A DNA stretch of 64,000 nt from Dendrobates tinctorius. Lineage: Eukaryota. The translations under genes and the position numbers were made by a program. The stretch's first letter is position 1. Every line of letters begins with the position of its first letter. The notes beneath the pieces were generated by a model that was not told the DNA's origin, made no database searches, and saw only the letters and a program-made list of their open reading frames with translations. Location: the NCBI RefSeq assembly GCF_039654945.1, contig NW_027361773.1, forward strand, positions 11,904,001 to 11,968,000, in the 5' to 3' direction. Positions 1-10,095 of this stretch are shown here, in pieces.

Positions 1-880
1 CCAGATTTTATCGACTTGAAGTGCTCCCGAAATCGAACATAAAGCGGGCGTATTGTCTTTCCTATATAAAAAAAACCGACATGTACAGAAGATAACATAA
101 ACCACATGATCAGTCTTGCATGTAATAAAGCTGGACACTGTATGTCTAACTGCACCCATTTGCAGTGTACGATCAGTACAATGATACCTGCAATAGGGAC
201 ATTGTCCACATTTATAATTACCTTTAGGTATTCCTTGATTTAACCATGTGTCACGTTGAGTTATTAAACGATTCTGGGCTAAAACGTCCCTAATCCTTGT
301 ACTGCATCTATTGGAAATCAAAGGTCCTCTGGACACTATATCAATCAATTCCCTGTCTTGTTCCAAAACATGCCAATGTTTCCTTATTACGGATCTGATT
401 TGTCTATCCATGGGGCCATAACGAAAACAAAAGGTAAATCTTTTTTCTTTCTTACTTTCTTTACTCTGTTGATTTATTATGCATCTCCTGTTATCATCCC
501 ATTGTGATTTCACTTTTTGAAGTGTAGTATCTAATAAATGGTCAGGGTACCATCGTTGTCTCAATCTCTCATGTAATTCTCTGGAATGTCGTTCCCGACC
601 CTCAACTGTATTATTGACACGAAATATTCGTAAAAATTGCCTATATGGTAATGAATTAACAGTATGTGTGGGGTGATAACTGTCAAACCGCAATACGGAG
701 TTGGTGGCTATAGGTTTCTTAAAAACCGATGTATATATAGTATCATCCTTGATCTCCAAAAGGACATCAAGAAATTCCAAATTATATGTGAATACCATGT
801 TCATGTGGTTCATGTCATTTAAATGGTTAACAAATGTAATTCAGTGTCAATAAACATTCATCATTATCCCGCAGAGTGCA
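1..880 (-). mobile_element. Penelope-like element fragment (RT thumb + GIY-YIG), decayed, continues beyond the window start
   Basis: Manual minus-strand translation gives LEFLDVLLEIKDDTIYTSVFKKPIATNSVLRFDSYHPTHTVNSLPY (about 640-785, PLE RT thumb) and CKTDHVVYVIFCTC..YIGKTIRPLYVRFREHFKS (about 10-120, GIY-YIG); frameshifted. Confidence 0.85.
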
Positions 881-1119
881 ACCTTTTTCTCTTGGAAACA
901 TATATATATGTCTAATAACCGTATTTTTCAGACTATAAGACGTACCGAACCATTAGACGCACCCCAATTTTCAGAAGGAAAATAAGGAAAAAAATAATAA
1001 TGTGTCAAATGGGGGTCCGTCTTAGAGTCCAAATTCAGCTTACCTGGGAAGGGATCCGGCACAGGTGGAGGAGTGGTCACAGGGGTCATTCAGTGGTCCA
1101 GGCTCGTGCGGTGGCGGCT

Positions 1120-1506
1120 CTGTGCTGGGGCAGGTTGGTTGTGCTGGAGCAGCAGGGCTGTACTGGGGCAGCTGGGCTGGGCTGTGCTGGGGCAGGTGGG
1201 TTGTGCTGGGGCAGCTGGGCTGTGCTGGGGCAGCTGGGCTGTGCTGGGGCAGCTGGGCTGGGGCAGCTGTGCTGGGGCTGGGTCAGCTGGGCTGGGGCTG
1301 GGGCAGCTGTGCTGGGGCAGCTGTGCTGGGGCTGGGGCAGCTGTGCTAGGGCTGGGGCAGCTGTGCTGTGCTGGGGCAGCTGTGCTGCACTGGGGCTGGG
1401 GCAGCTGGGCTGTGCTCGACTGGGGCAGCTGGGCTGTGCTGGGGCTGGGGCAGCTGTGCTGTGCTGGGGCAGCTGTGCTGGGGCTGGGGCAGCTGTGCTG
1501 TGCTGG
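1120..1506. repeat. GC-rich low-complexity tandem array (GCTGGGGCAGCTGT-type units) inside the MITE
   Basis: Repeated gctggggcagctgtgct / gctgggct motifs; source of spurious ORFs. Confidence 0.9.
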
Positions 1507-1551
1507 GAGGCCCCCGCACATCCCTAGCTGGCCGCCGCCATGTTGCGGTGC

Positions 1552-1759
1552 CCTCCGGGAACATGGACGCCAGGAAGATGGCCGCCGGTCCGGGGACGGC
1601 GCATGCGCAGGTTCAGATCTTGTCCCGAGATCTCGGGGGACGAGACTCAAATCTCGGCAACGAGATCTCGTCCCCCGAGATCTCGGGACGAGATCTGAAC
1701 CTGCACATGCGCCGTCCCCGGACGGGCGGCCATCTTCCAGACGTCCATTGTCCCGGAGG
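1552..1759. repeat. Long GC-rich inverted repeat (arms about 95 bp, spacer about 13 bp)
   Basis: cctccgggaacatggacg...gggggacgagactc versus gagatctcgtccccc...cgtccattgtcccggagg. Confidence 0.9.
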
Positions 1760-2235
1760 CCGGGCTTGGAGGAAATGCCGGCGGAGCCGCTGCCCCTGCA
1801 CCGGAGCACTGAGAGCCGCTACCCCTGCACCGGAGCACAGCCCGCTGCCACCACCGCACTACAGAGCCCCGCGACACCCGCACCAGCCTCCAGCAATGAT
1901 CACGGAGGTTAGTATATTGCGACCATAAGACGCACCCCCCACTTTCCCCCAAAATTTTTTGGGGAAAAAGTGCGTCTTATGGTCCGAAAAATACGGTATA
2001 TAGTCATTTGTTGCAAATAGTGTTATAATGCTAATACTTGGTCATAGATAGATTGGTGTTGAATTTTCAATATGTTAGTATTTAATTTAAATATTTGGTT
2101 GCATTATTTGTGTGTACAATATGACAGCATTACTTGTTTGTACGTTTTTGTAGTGTCGAAATGTCAGTGTATAATACATGGCAGCATTATTTTTCTGTTC
2201 AGTATATGGTGACATATACATATCACCATACATAT

Positions 2236-3000
2236 TGTGAGGTAGCGCTGTCATTTAGTTGGGTGATTCTCGCTAGGCAGCGAACAAATCACGTCCGGCA
2301 CAGGTTTTCCATCAAAACATAGCAGGTCCATGCGGTTTATTATGCAGCATAAACCATCACAGCAACAGACAGTTCATTTCACCAGCATAGCGTCCATTAC
2401 AGAGTTTCCATCTGTTACCAATGTCCAGCATAAACAGGCTCTTCAGCCTCATCACTATCTCACCCACGTCAGGGTTTCCTCATGGCTGTTGCTCCCCGCT
2501 GCAGACATCCACACTCTCCTCTGGGACTCTCAGATGCTGGCAGCCATTACACACAGCCACTCCACAGGCTGTTAGCCAGGAGACAACTCTACTCATGGGA
2601 CCTTCTGCTCTGGACCAACCAGGTCCCTGCATTCACCCCTTGTGACTCACCCCAGCCACATTATATCGTTCATAGCCACGCCCACTGGGTCACATGACTC
2701 TGACCTCATCACAGGTCCTTCAGGCATTTTCACACTCTTTACAACCGTGCTTTAAACACACCCCCTGGGTGAGTTTGTAGGTAACCAGGCCCCCCAACTC
2801 TCTAGTTACCTGGAGACTTCTCCCTCACATATTAACGCAGCACCTCAGCAATGTCCATGCTGATCACACATACATAAGTCTCCATCTCAAAGCCACCCAC
2901 TTTGAGATACATAACGGTCACTCAACACTCTGCCATTCATCCCTTCTCCTGGGACCTCCACACAGTGCCCCCTAGCGGACACAGTGGTTACTACACCACA
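2236..3000 (-). repeat. 3' LTR (765 bp)
   Basis: Begins TGTGGTGTAGTAACC on minus and ends TCACA; AATAAA on minus at 2336-2341. Confidence 0.85.
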
Positions 3001-3002
3001 TA

Positions 3003-3014
3003 CCTCCCCCCTCT
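3003..3014 (-). promoter_or_regulatory. Polypurine tract
   Basis: AGAGGGGGGAGG-TA immediately before the TG of the 3' LTR on minus. Confidence 0.85.
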
Positions 3015-3393
3015 GTTCAAACTTGTGGGGTTGAACACACAACATTACATCAGGCTCTTGAGACCAGGCACTCATTACACCTTGCCCCACAGGTTGAGAG
3101 AACCTTTTCCATCTGTCACACGGCCTCCTCTCTGCGTTCGGCCTCCCTTGCCCCCAGCAGTCAGAATATCGGTCCTGATCTTTGACCCTCCAGTTACAGT
3201 CTGTCTGCATCATCAAACACTGTCTAGTCACCATCTTCGTCTCTCTATTTGTTCCGTTCCCCGACTAGCTCCCCCGGTTGGTACGGTCATCCGTATTACT
3301 TGAGTCTACTGTCTGGCCTGAGTCTGACCCACTCAGCGTCTCAAAGGAACTAATGTCTCTCAGCCTCGTACGGCCCGTCGAACTGCCACTCAC

Positions 3394-4698
3394 TCACATT
3401 CTTCGGCCACCTGCCCGGTCACTTCTTGGTGGAACCCTTTGGGTCCTTACATGTTGTTGGGTTGGAGGCGGCCGCCACCTGGTATTCCGTACTTCTTCAT
3501 TAATTCGCCGATGGTCCAGCCTCAACTGCTCAATTGCCTGCAGGTACTCCACTCGATACTCCACGAGCATCCGAAAGTCTCTCAGGCTTTCCATGGAGCC
3601 AACCACCATGATGGGAATCCTACCCACTTCCCTGGATATCTGGTCTTCATCATCAGGAGGGATCCTCACCCTCACCACACCGGAGATATTCACAAGGTCC
3701 TGCATTACCTTCCCGGATCTTCCAATGATTCTTTCAATCAGAGCTTTGGGTACCGGAACCACACCTTTCCGCAAACCCAGCTGATCCATAGCCTCCTTCG
3801 CTAACTCTAGGCATCAAGCACCCTTCATATTACTCCACCTGACCAGCTGTTTGGCGTGGAGACATTGTAAATGCATTTCTTTCAGGACAGCCACTCGGTT
3901 TGATGTATCTTCTCTGGCTGATATTACCACCAACTGCCGAGTCTCAGGTGCCCAGTGCACCTCACACGCTTTGACCACCTCTTTGAAAGCCTCATGTACA
4001 CCTTCCTCCGCACAGGCTTCTTGCATGTCTTCGGGTACCTCAATCACAGACTGGAAGGTCGTGATCTTGCTTTCTTCCAGGAGGCTCTGGCTTTACCACG
4101 GACTCTTCCCTCACTACAGTTGCCCCTACTGGGTGACTGTCTTCTTCAGTTCTCCGTTCCTCAACTTCACGAGATCTCATCTCTTCCCGACGTCTGCCAA
4201 GACGGGCACCGGCAGCTCCGTTCCACCACCAGTCGGACCCGGCCTCTGTTCATCACTGTCCAAATTCTTCTCCCGCAGAAGACCACTTACAGTTTCTTTG
4301 AGCTCTAAGACCTCTTTCTCGAGCTTCTCAACCCTGTGCTCGGCTCGATGTCTCTGGACTGTTTCTCGTTTCACATGTTCTTCCATCTCTTCCCTGAGCG
4401 TCTTGTTCACGTTTTGCCACGTTGACAGGTGACCTCTGATCTCAGAGACTTCCTTCCCTAGCCCTTCTGTTCTGTGCTCTCTTTCCCTCTCAGAGCCACA
4501 ATCACCCCCAGAGTCTGAGTCACGCCGATCATCCGAGTCAACCCTCCAGTTGCCCTCTGACCGTGTGTCTACTCCAGTCAACTCATCTCCCAGCCCACCA
4601 TCTGTCTTGTCACGAGGCGTCAGGTCCGTCAGTTGGGCAGATGTATTTCTTCCTCTGTTAGCAAAGTCCAGCATACACAGGCTCTTCAGCCTCATCAT
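3394..4698 (-). pseudogene. Disrupted cargo ORF: coiled coil + FXR1/FMR1-like KH0 + KH2 + post-KH2 helix (KH1 and Agenet/Tudor absent)
   Basis: IEVPEDMQEACAEEGVHEAFKEVVKACEVHWAPETRQLVVISA...LKEMHL resembles FXR1 KH0; VPKALIERIIGRSGKVMQDLVNISGVVRVRI...VVGSMES...EYRVEYLQAIEQLR resembles FXR1 KH2 and the NES helix. The three ORF-track pieces (4177-4710, 3814-4047, 3394-3789) share one frame; a single TGA separates KH0 from KH2. Confidence 0.88.
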
Positions 4699-5234
4699 TA
4701 TCTCACCCACGTCAGGGTTTCCTCATTGCTGTTGCTCCCCGCTGCAGACATCCACTCTCTCCTCTGGGACTCTCAGATGCTGGCAGCCATTACACACAGC
4801 CACTCCACAGGCTGTTAGCCAGGAGACAACTCTACTCATGGGACCTTACGCTCTGGACCAACCTGGTACCTGCATTCACCCCTTGTGACTCACCCTGGCC
4901 ACATTATATCGTTTATAGCCACGCCCACTGGGTCACATGACTCTGACCTCATCACAGGTCCTTCAGGCATTTTCACACTCTTTACAACCGTGCTTTAAAC
5001 CCTGGGAGGGTTTGTAGGTAACCAGGCCCCCCCAACTCTCAAGTTACCTGGAGACTTCTCCCTCACATATTAACGCAGCACCTCAGCAATGTCCTTGCTG
5101 ATCACATATACATAAGTCTCCATCTCAAAGCCACCCACTTTGAGATACATAATGGCCACTCAACACTCATTCATCCCTTCTCCTGGGACCTCCACACAGT
5201 GCCCCCTAGTGGACACAGTGGTTACTACACCACA
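4650..5234 (-). repeat. 5' LTR, lacking its last ~175 bp and a PBS
   Basis: Matches 2410-3000 with scattered substitutions; homology ends near 4650. Confidence 0.85.
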
Positions 5235-5559
5235 ATATATATCCAGTATGACATCACTGTTTCTATAACAAACCGAGCCCCCTCTCTTCTGGTCACCATG
5301 CCCCAGCAGCAGGATTCTGCCTGTTCAGTGACTGAACATGCATCCTTGGATGTTCAGTTAAGATCTATATTGTCATGCGGGCAACAGTTAACAGCCGCCA
5401 GCCAATCACAGGCCGGCGGCTGACGTCAGCGCGCTTGTTGCCAGCGTATGAAATCACTGCCATATGCCGGCACTTCCGCACCTCAGATGCATCAAGGAGA
5501 GGACATCGCTGTACCTCAGCCAGGTAAGGAGAAACTTTTTTTTTTGTAAAGCCGCAGGA

Positions 5560-7480
5560 TGGAGAGACATGGATGCAGTGTGGAGAGACATGGATGCAGT
5601 GTGGAGAGACATGGGGGCAGTGTGGAAAGTGACTTGGGGCCAGGATGGAGAGAGACTTGGAGCCAGGATGGAGAGAGACCTGGGGCCAGGATGTAGAGAG
5701 ACCTGGGGCCAGGATGTGGGACATTATTATTATAGGGGCTAATTAAGGGATATTTTTACTGATGTGATGTATTTTTATTTTTGAGGATACTGGTTTCAGT
5801 GAGGGATGGGGGGTGGGGAAGTTCCTGTGCAGTGTGACACTGCCAATTTTGTTCTTCATCTGGTGTAGTGTAGAAGTTGGGGAAAAATTTGGGAATGTGC
5901 ACTGGATAACTGTGTGATTTTCTGCAGATACGAATCCTGGCTGGAAGAAGTGATGGCCGTCTGTGCTGGATGATGATGAAGGACATCAACAAAAGACATC
6001 ACATGTAAGAAAGTGTATTATCTGTACACTGACACTATACACTATATACTGTATACAGAGATTCTGTGTATAATGTCACTGGTGGTCACTGTATTACCTG
6101 TACACTGACACTATATACAGAGCTCCTTTGTATAATGTCACTGGTGATCACTCTATAACCTGTACACTGACACTATATACAGAGTTCCTGTGTATAATGT
6201 CACTGGTGATCCCTGTATTACCTGCACACTATACTATACACTGTATACTATGTACAGAGCTCCTTTGTATAATGTCACTGGTGATCCCTATATTATCTGT
6301 ACAATGACACTATGTACAGAGCTCCTGTGTATAATGTCACCAGTGATCACTGTATTATGTGTACACTCACAGTATACACTGTGTACTATATACAAAGCTC
6401 CTGTGTATAATGGCACTTAAGGTAATATTGTAGTATTTGGTCACTATGTGGGGTATTTATTCCTTGCATGTGGTATTATTCAGTAACTATGTGGTAGCAA
6501 TATGTGGTCTGGTCAAGGTGTAATATTGTAGTATTTGGTCACTATGTGGGGTATTTATTCCTTACATGTGGTATTATTCAGTAACTATGTGGTAGCAATA
6601 TGTGGTCTGGTCATGGTGTGGTGGTATTTGTCCCTTGTATGTGTCATTATTCTGTCATTATGTGGTGGTAATATGCTGTCTGGTCATGGTGTGGTGGTAT
6701 TTATCCCTTGTATGTAGTATTATTCATATATTATGTGGTGGTGGTATGTGGTCTGGCCATGGTGTAGGAGTATTTGTTCCTTGTATGTGGTAACATATCA
6801 TCTGATCATGGTGTGGTGGTATTTGTTCCTTGTATGTGGTGGTAATATGTGGTCTGGTCATGGTGTGGCGGTATTTGTTCTTTGTATGTGGTGGTAATAT
6901 GTGTTCTGGTCATGGTGTTGTGGTATTTGTTTCTTGTATGTGGTATTATTGGGTCACTATGTGGTGGTAATATGTGGTCTGGTCATGGTGTGGCAGTATT
7001 TGTTCCCTGTATGTGGTACTATTTGGTCATTATGGGGTGCTAATATGTGCTCTGGTTATGGTGTGGCGGTATTTGTCCCTTATATATGTTATTATTGTTC
7101 ATTTTAAAAAATGTATATGACACATTCCCTTAAAGAAACATAAATAAAAATATACCTAAAAAGAGCATAGGATATTTTAACAAATGTTTAATAGGTTAGA
7201 GTAGAGTAGGGCCCGGCGAAAAAGTCTACCTTGTCACGGTGGCAGGCTTAAAAAATCTTTTAGCCAACACAAAATCTGCTGGCTATGTATGTGATATGGT
7301 GTTTGATGGGAACTCTTACTGTGTGATTGGTGAGGACATGGTGCAGAAGTGGAGTTTTGCCAAGAGTGGGTGGTGGTACTGTGGAAGGTTCAAGGGTCGG
7401 AGATGTAGCCTAGGTGGCATCTCAAGGGGGCCCAAAAATTTTGCCAGTATGGGGCCCAGAAATTCCTGGAGGCATCCCTG
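5560..7480. repeat. Minisatellite-rich non-autonomous DNA element (probably hAT-like); arrays at about 5560-5720, 6010-6415 and 6420-7100
   Basis: Units such as actgtattacctgtacactgacactatatacagagctcctgtgtataatgtcactggtgatc and tgtggtggtaatatgtggtctggtcatgg; end ...ggcatccctg. Confidence 0.6.
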
Positions 7481-8744
7481 GCTACATGTACCAAATTAGC
7501 ATAACTTATTTATGAATAATCATAGCATTATTTATATGTATGCAGAAATAAAAGGTGAATAAATGTAACATTAACATACAGCTCTTGAAGAAACATAGCA
7601 GACAATATATGATACACTTTATTGATTCCGAATTGTAGAATATATGGGCCAATGCAATATATAGAATATGTATGGGACAATGCAAGTCAGTGTTACTATT
7701 GGGGAGCAAAATGGTTATTGAAAGTGATTTAAAGAGATAATTGAAAAGTACTTCTGAACAAAATAATTGTACTTGTAAACAGTCACTTTTTAAAAACTTT
7801 ACTGAAGTGCAAGTGAATACACTTATAAAATACAAGACTAGTTATTTTTGTTCCCTGGAGTTTACAATTTTCTATTTCTTCCTACAGCATTTGATTATTG
7901 CATAAATAAATACAGTATCTTTTCTTCCTCATAGTTAAAAGCCTTTGTTTGTTTTCATGATATTCTTTGCCCATTTTTAGAAAATGTTATTTTTTGCTAT
8001 TTTGGTTCACAGAAATAGCTCTGGTCACCTTATCATTTTCCACTGATTTCCAAGCCATAAATGTTAACATCCCAAGGGAGGTTTCATAGGAAATATATTC
8101 TGGTCACTGTCATCATCGCTGCTGCTCATGTCTAGCCAACATATGTTTCTCTAATAAATGTTGCAGATTTTTTTTTTAGAAATGGTATGCATTTTAGAAA
8201 TGTAAACAAATATGAGAAATAGTGATTAAAAAACTCAGGAATCTAAGACATTGCATCCCTATATAGCCTACATAGCCTTTCTGATCATTCATTTTTCTTA
8301 TCTGTAAATAGATTAAAGTATAGATTCAGCTTTGGGAAAGGAATCACAAACTCAGCAATTCCCTGAAAATGCACGTATTACCAGAATTTACAAGTAAGAG
8401 TTCCCAGCTTCCAAGCAGGAAAGCTGTGAGAATTTTCATGTCTCTGCTGATGGATTTACAGGGCAGTTGCTGGGAAATCATGCTGAATATCACATATTTA
8501 TCATACAAAGAGTAATGTCCATAATAAATATACGCCTTTTTACACCTATCCATAAATTCATGGGCAGTATGCAAATATTATTTTTTTTTCTACAAAATGA
8601 AATATAAAACTGACTTCAGCTAACGATGTGGCATCATTGTCTTTTTGCAAAAGAACGCAACTTGCCTTGCATTGCCTGACTGTGATTTTATAAAAGAAGA
8701 ATTTCTGGGAAAATCACGCCAAGTGTTATTCATTAACATAATTG

Positions 8745-10095
8745 ATGAAGAAAAAGTGGAGAAGACTGCTGTATATACAAAGCAACAAAAAAGGAAGCAT
8801 GCAATGGCCCTGTACCCTTTACTGGGTCTTGGGAGAGGGAACTGGACAGACAAATTTCAGAGGATTGTCAAAAAGAATGTACGGTATATTCTTTCACAAA
8901 TTGCCTATTACTTGCTGCACCCAGGAGAAAAACTACAAGATCCTATCTAGATGGTACTGTTGTTCCACTATGCTACACAGAATCATCCGCTCTGTGTTGG
9001 CGGTGTGGCAAAGCAGCCGGGTCTATGTTACATATATGGTGGGAATGTGCACTGGTTTATGGGCTATGGAATTCAATTTTTCTCACTGTACAATAGCTTT
9101 ACTGGTAGCAGAGTCACACCATGTCCCCAAATAGGCCTGCTCTCTATTACTCCATATTCAATCTCAAAAGATATCCTTAAGGGCCTGTCACACTAAGCGA
9201 TATCGCTAGCAATATCGCTATTATTTGTGACGTTATAGCGATATTGCTAGCGATATTGCTATGTCTGATACTTACCTACGACTGGCTCCCCCGCTGGTTA
9301 TCGCTAATCGCGCAAGAACGTCCAGGACTGTTTCTCGTAGTCAGCTTCCAGCGGCGCTTCCTGCTGTGACGACGAGCGACGCGTGGAGCCGGGCGGGAGG
9401 ACGCAGGATCGCCTGGTGTGACAGGTAAGTAGCGACCCCCGTCCCCAGCGATGTCGCTGGTGAGATCTGCCTGTGTGGCAGCTCACTAGCGACCACTTAG
9501 CGATGTACCAGTGATCCTGACCGCGTCATATCACTGGTCGGGATCGCTGGTGCATCGCTAAGTGTGACAGTACCTTTAGGCAAAGCTGTTATGTCAATTA
9601 TTCCACGTCACTAGAAATCCACAAAAACTCCCACTTTGGGTGAATAGGTGGAAGGGGTTAATAATATTATGAAAATGGAAAACATGATTGCACATGATAA
9701 TGTCCTCAGGGCCTTTCATTGCCAATGGACATACTGGAGGGGAATGACCTGGCAATTTGGCTGACAGAAAATAATATTTAAAATAGAATGTTCTGTTAGA
9801 TGTAAACCCCTTTAAAGTGATGGCTTCACTAAGTCGTAGTATTTTTTTTTTTAATTCCTCCCCATTCTTTATCTTTCTAACCTCCTTTTTTCCTTACATT
9901 GCACATACATAGATATTTGGTTTATGTAAAAGAATATATTCATAATTACTCAGACGTGTTATTCTCATATGCTAATGTTTAACGACAACATAATATTAAT
10001 ACTCATCAACTTTTTCATTGTTATTATTGAATGTGATTGGAATGTTCAGTTCCAATGTCGTTAATATTCAACAAAAACTTTTAAAGTAAAAAAAA
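8745..10095 (+). mobile_element. 5'-truncated, decayed L1-clade LINE (ORF2 C-terminus + 3' UTR)
   Basis: QEKNYKILSRWY, WRCGKAAGSMLHIWWEC (CCHC zinc finger), then IIPRH*KSTKTPTLGE after the MITE insertion; A-rich tail near 10090. Confidence 0.75.
9181..9575. mobile_element. PIF/Harbinger-type MITE inserted in the L1
   Basis: TIR ..CTGTCACACTAAGCGAT / ATCGCTAAGTGTGACAG..; TAA/TTA flanks. Confidence 0.75.

Larger units (their letters stand above)
919..1996. mobile_element. Non-autonomous Tc1/mariner (Tc2-like) MITE
   Basis: TIRs CCGTATTTTTCAGACTATAAGACG ... CGTCTTATGGTCCGAAAAATACGG followed by TA; no transposase. Confidence 0.8.
2236..5234 (-). mobile_element. Non-autonomous LTR retroelement (Gypsy-type ends) carrying an FXR/FMR1-derived KH ORF
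   Basis: TG..CA termini; 4-bp TSD ATAT (2232-2235 / 5235-5238); direct repeats about 2410-3000 and 4650-5234; PPT adjacent to the 3' LTR; no RT, integrase or recognisable gag. Confidence 0.9.

Noticed and set aside
1000-1928. Overlapping ORFs up to 279 aa
   Set aside because: Produced by a GC-rich tandem repeat and palindrome inside a MITE; open in all frames
3394-4047. Calling this the host fxr1/fmr1 gene or a simple processed pseudogene
   Set aside because: Intronless, lacks Agenet and KH1, highly diverged, flanked by LTRs/PPT/TSD, no polyA tail
8645-9196. Possible host exon
   Set aside because: The frames piece together as an L1 ORF2 C-terminus
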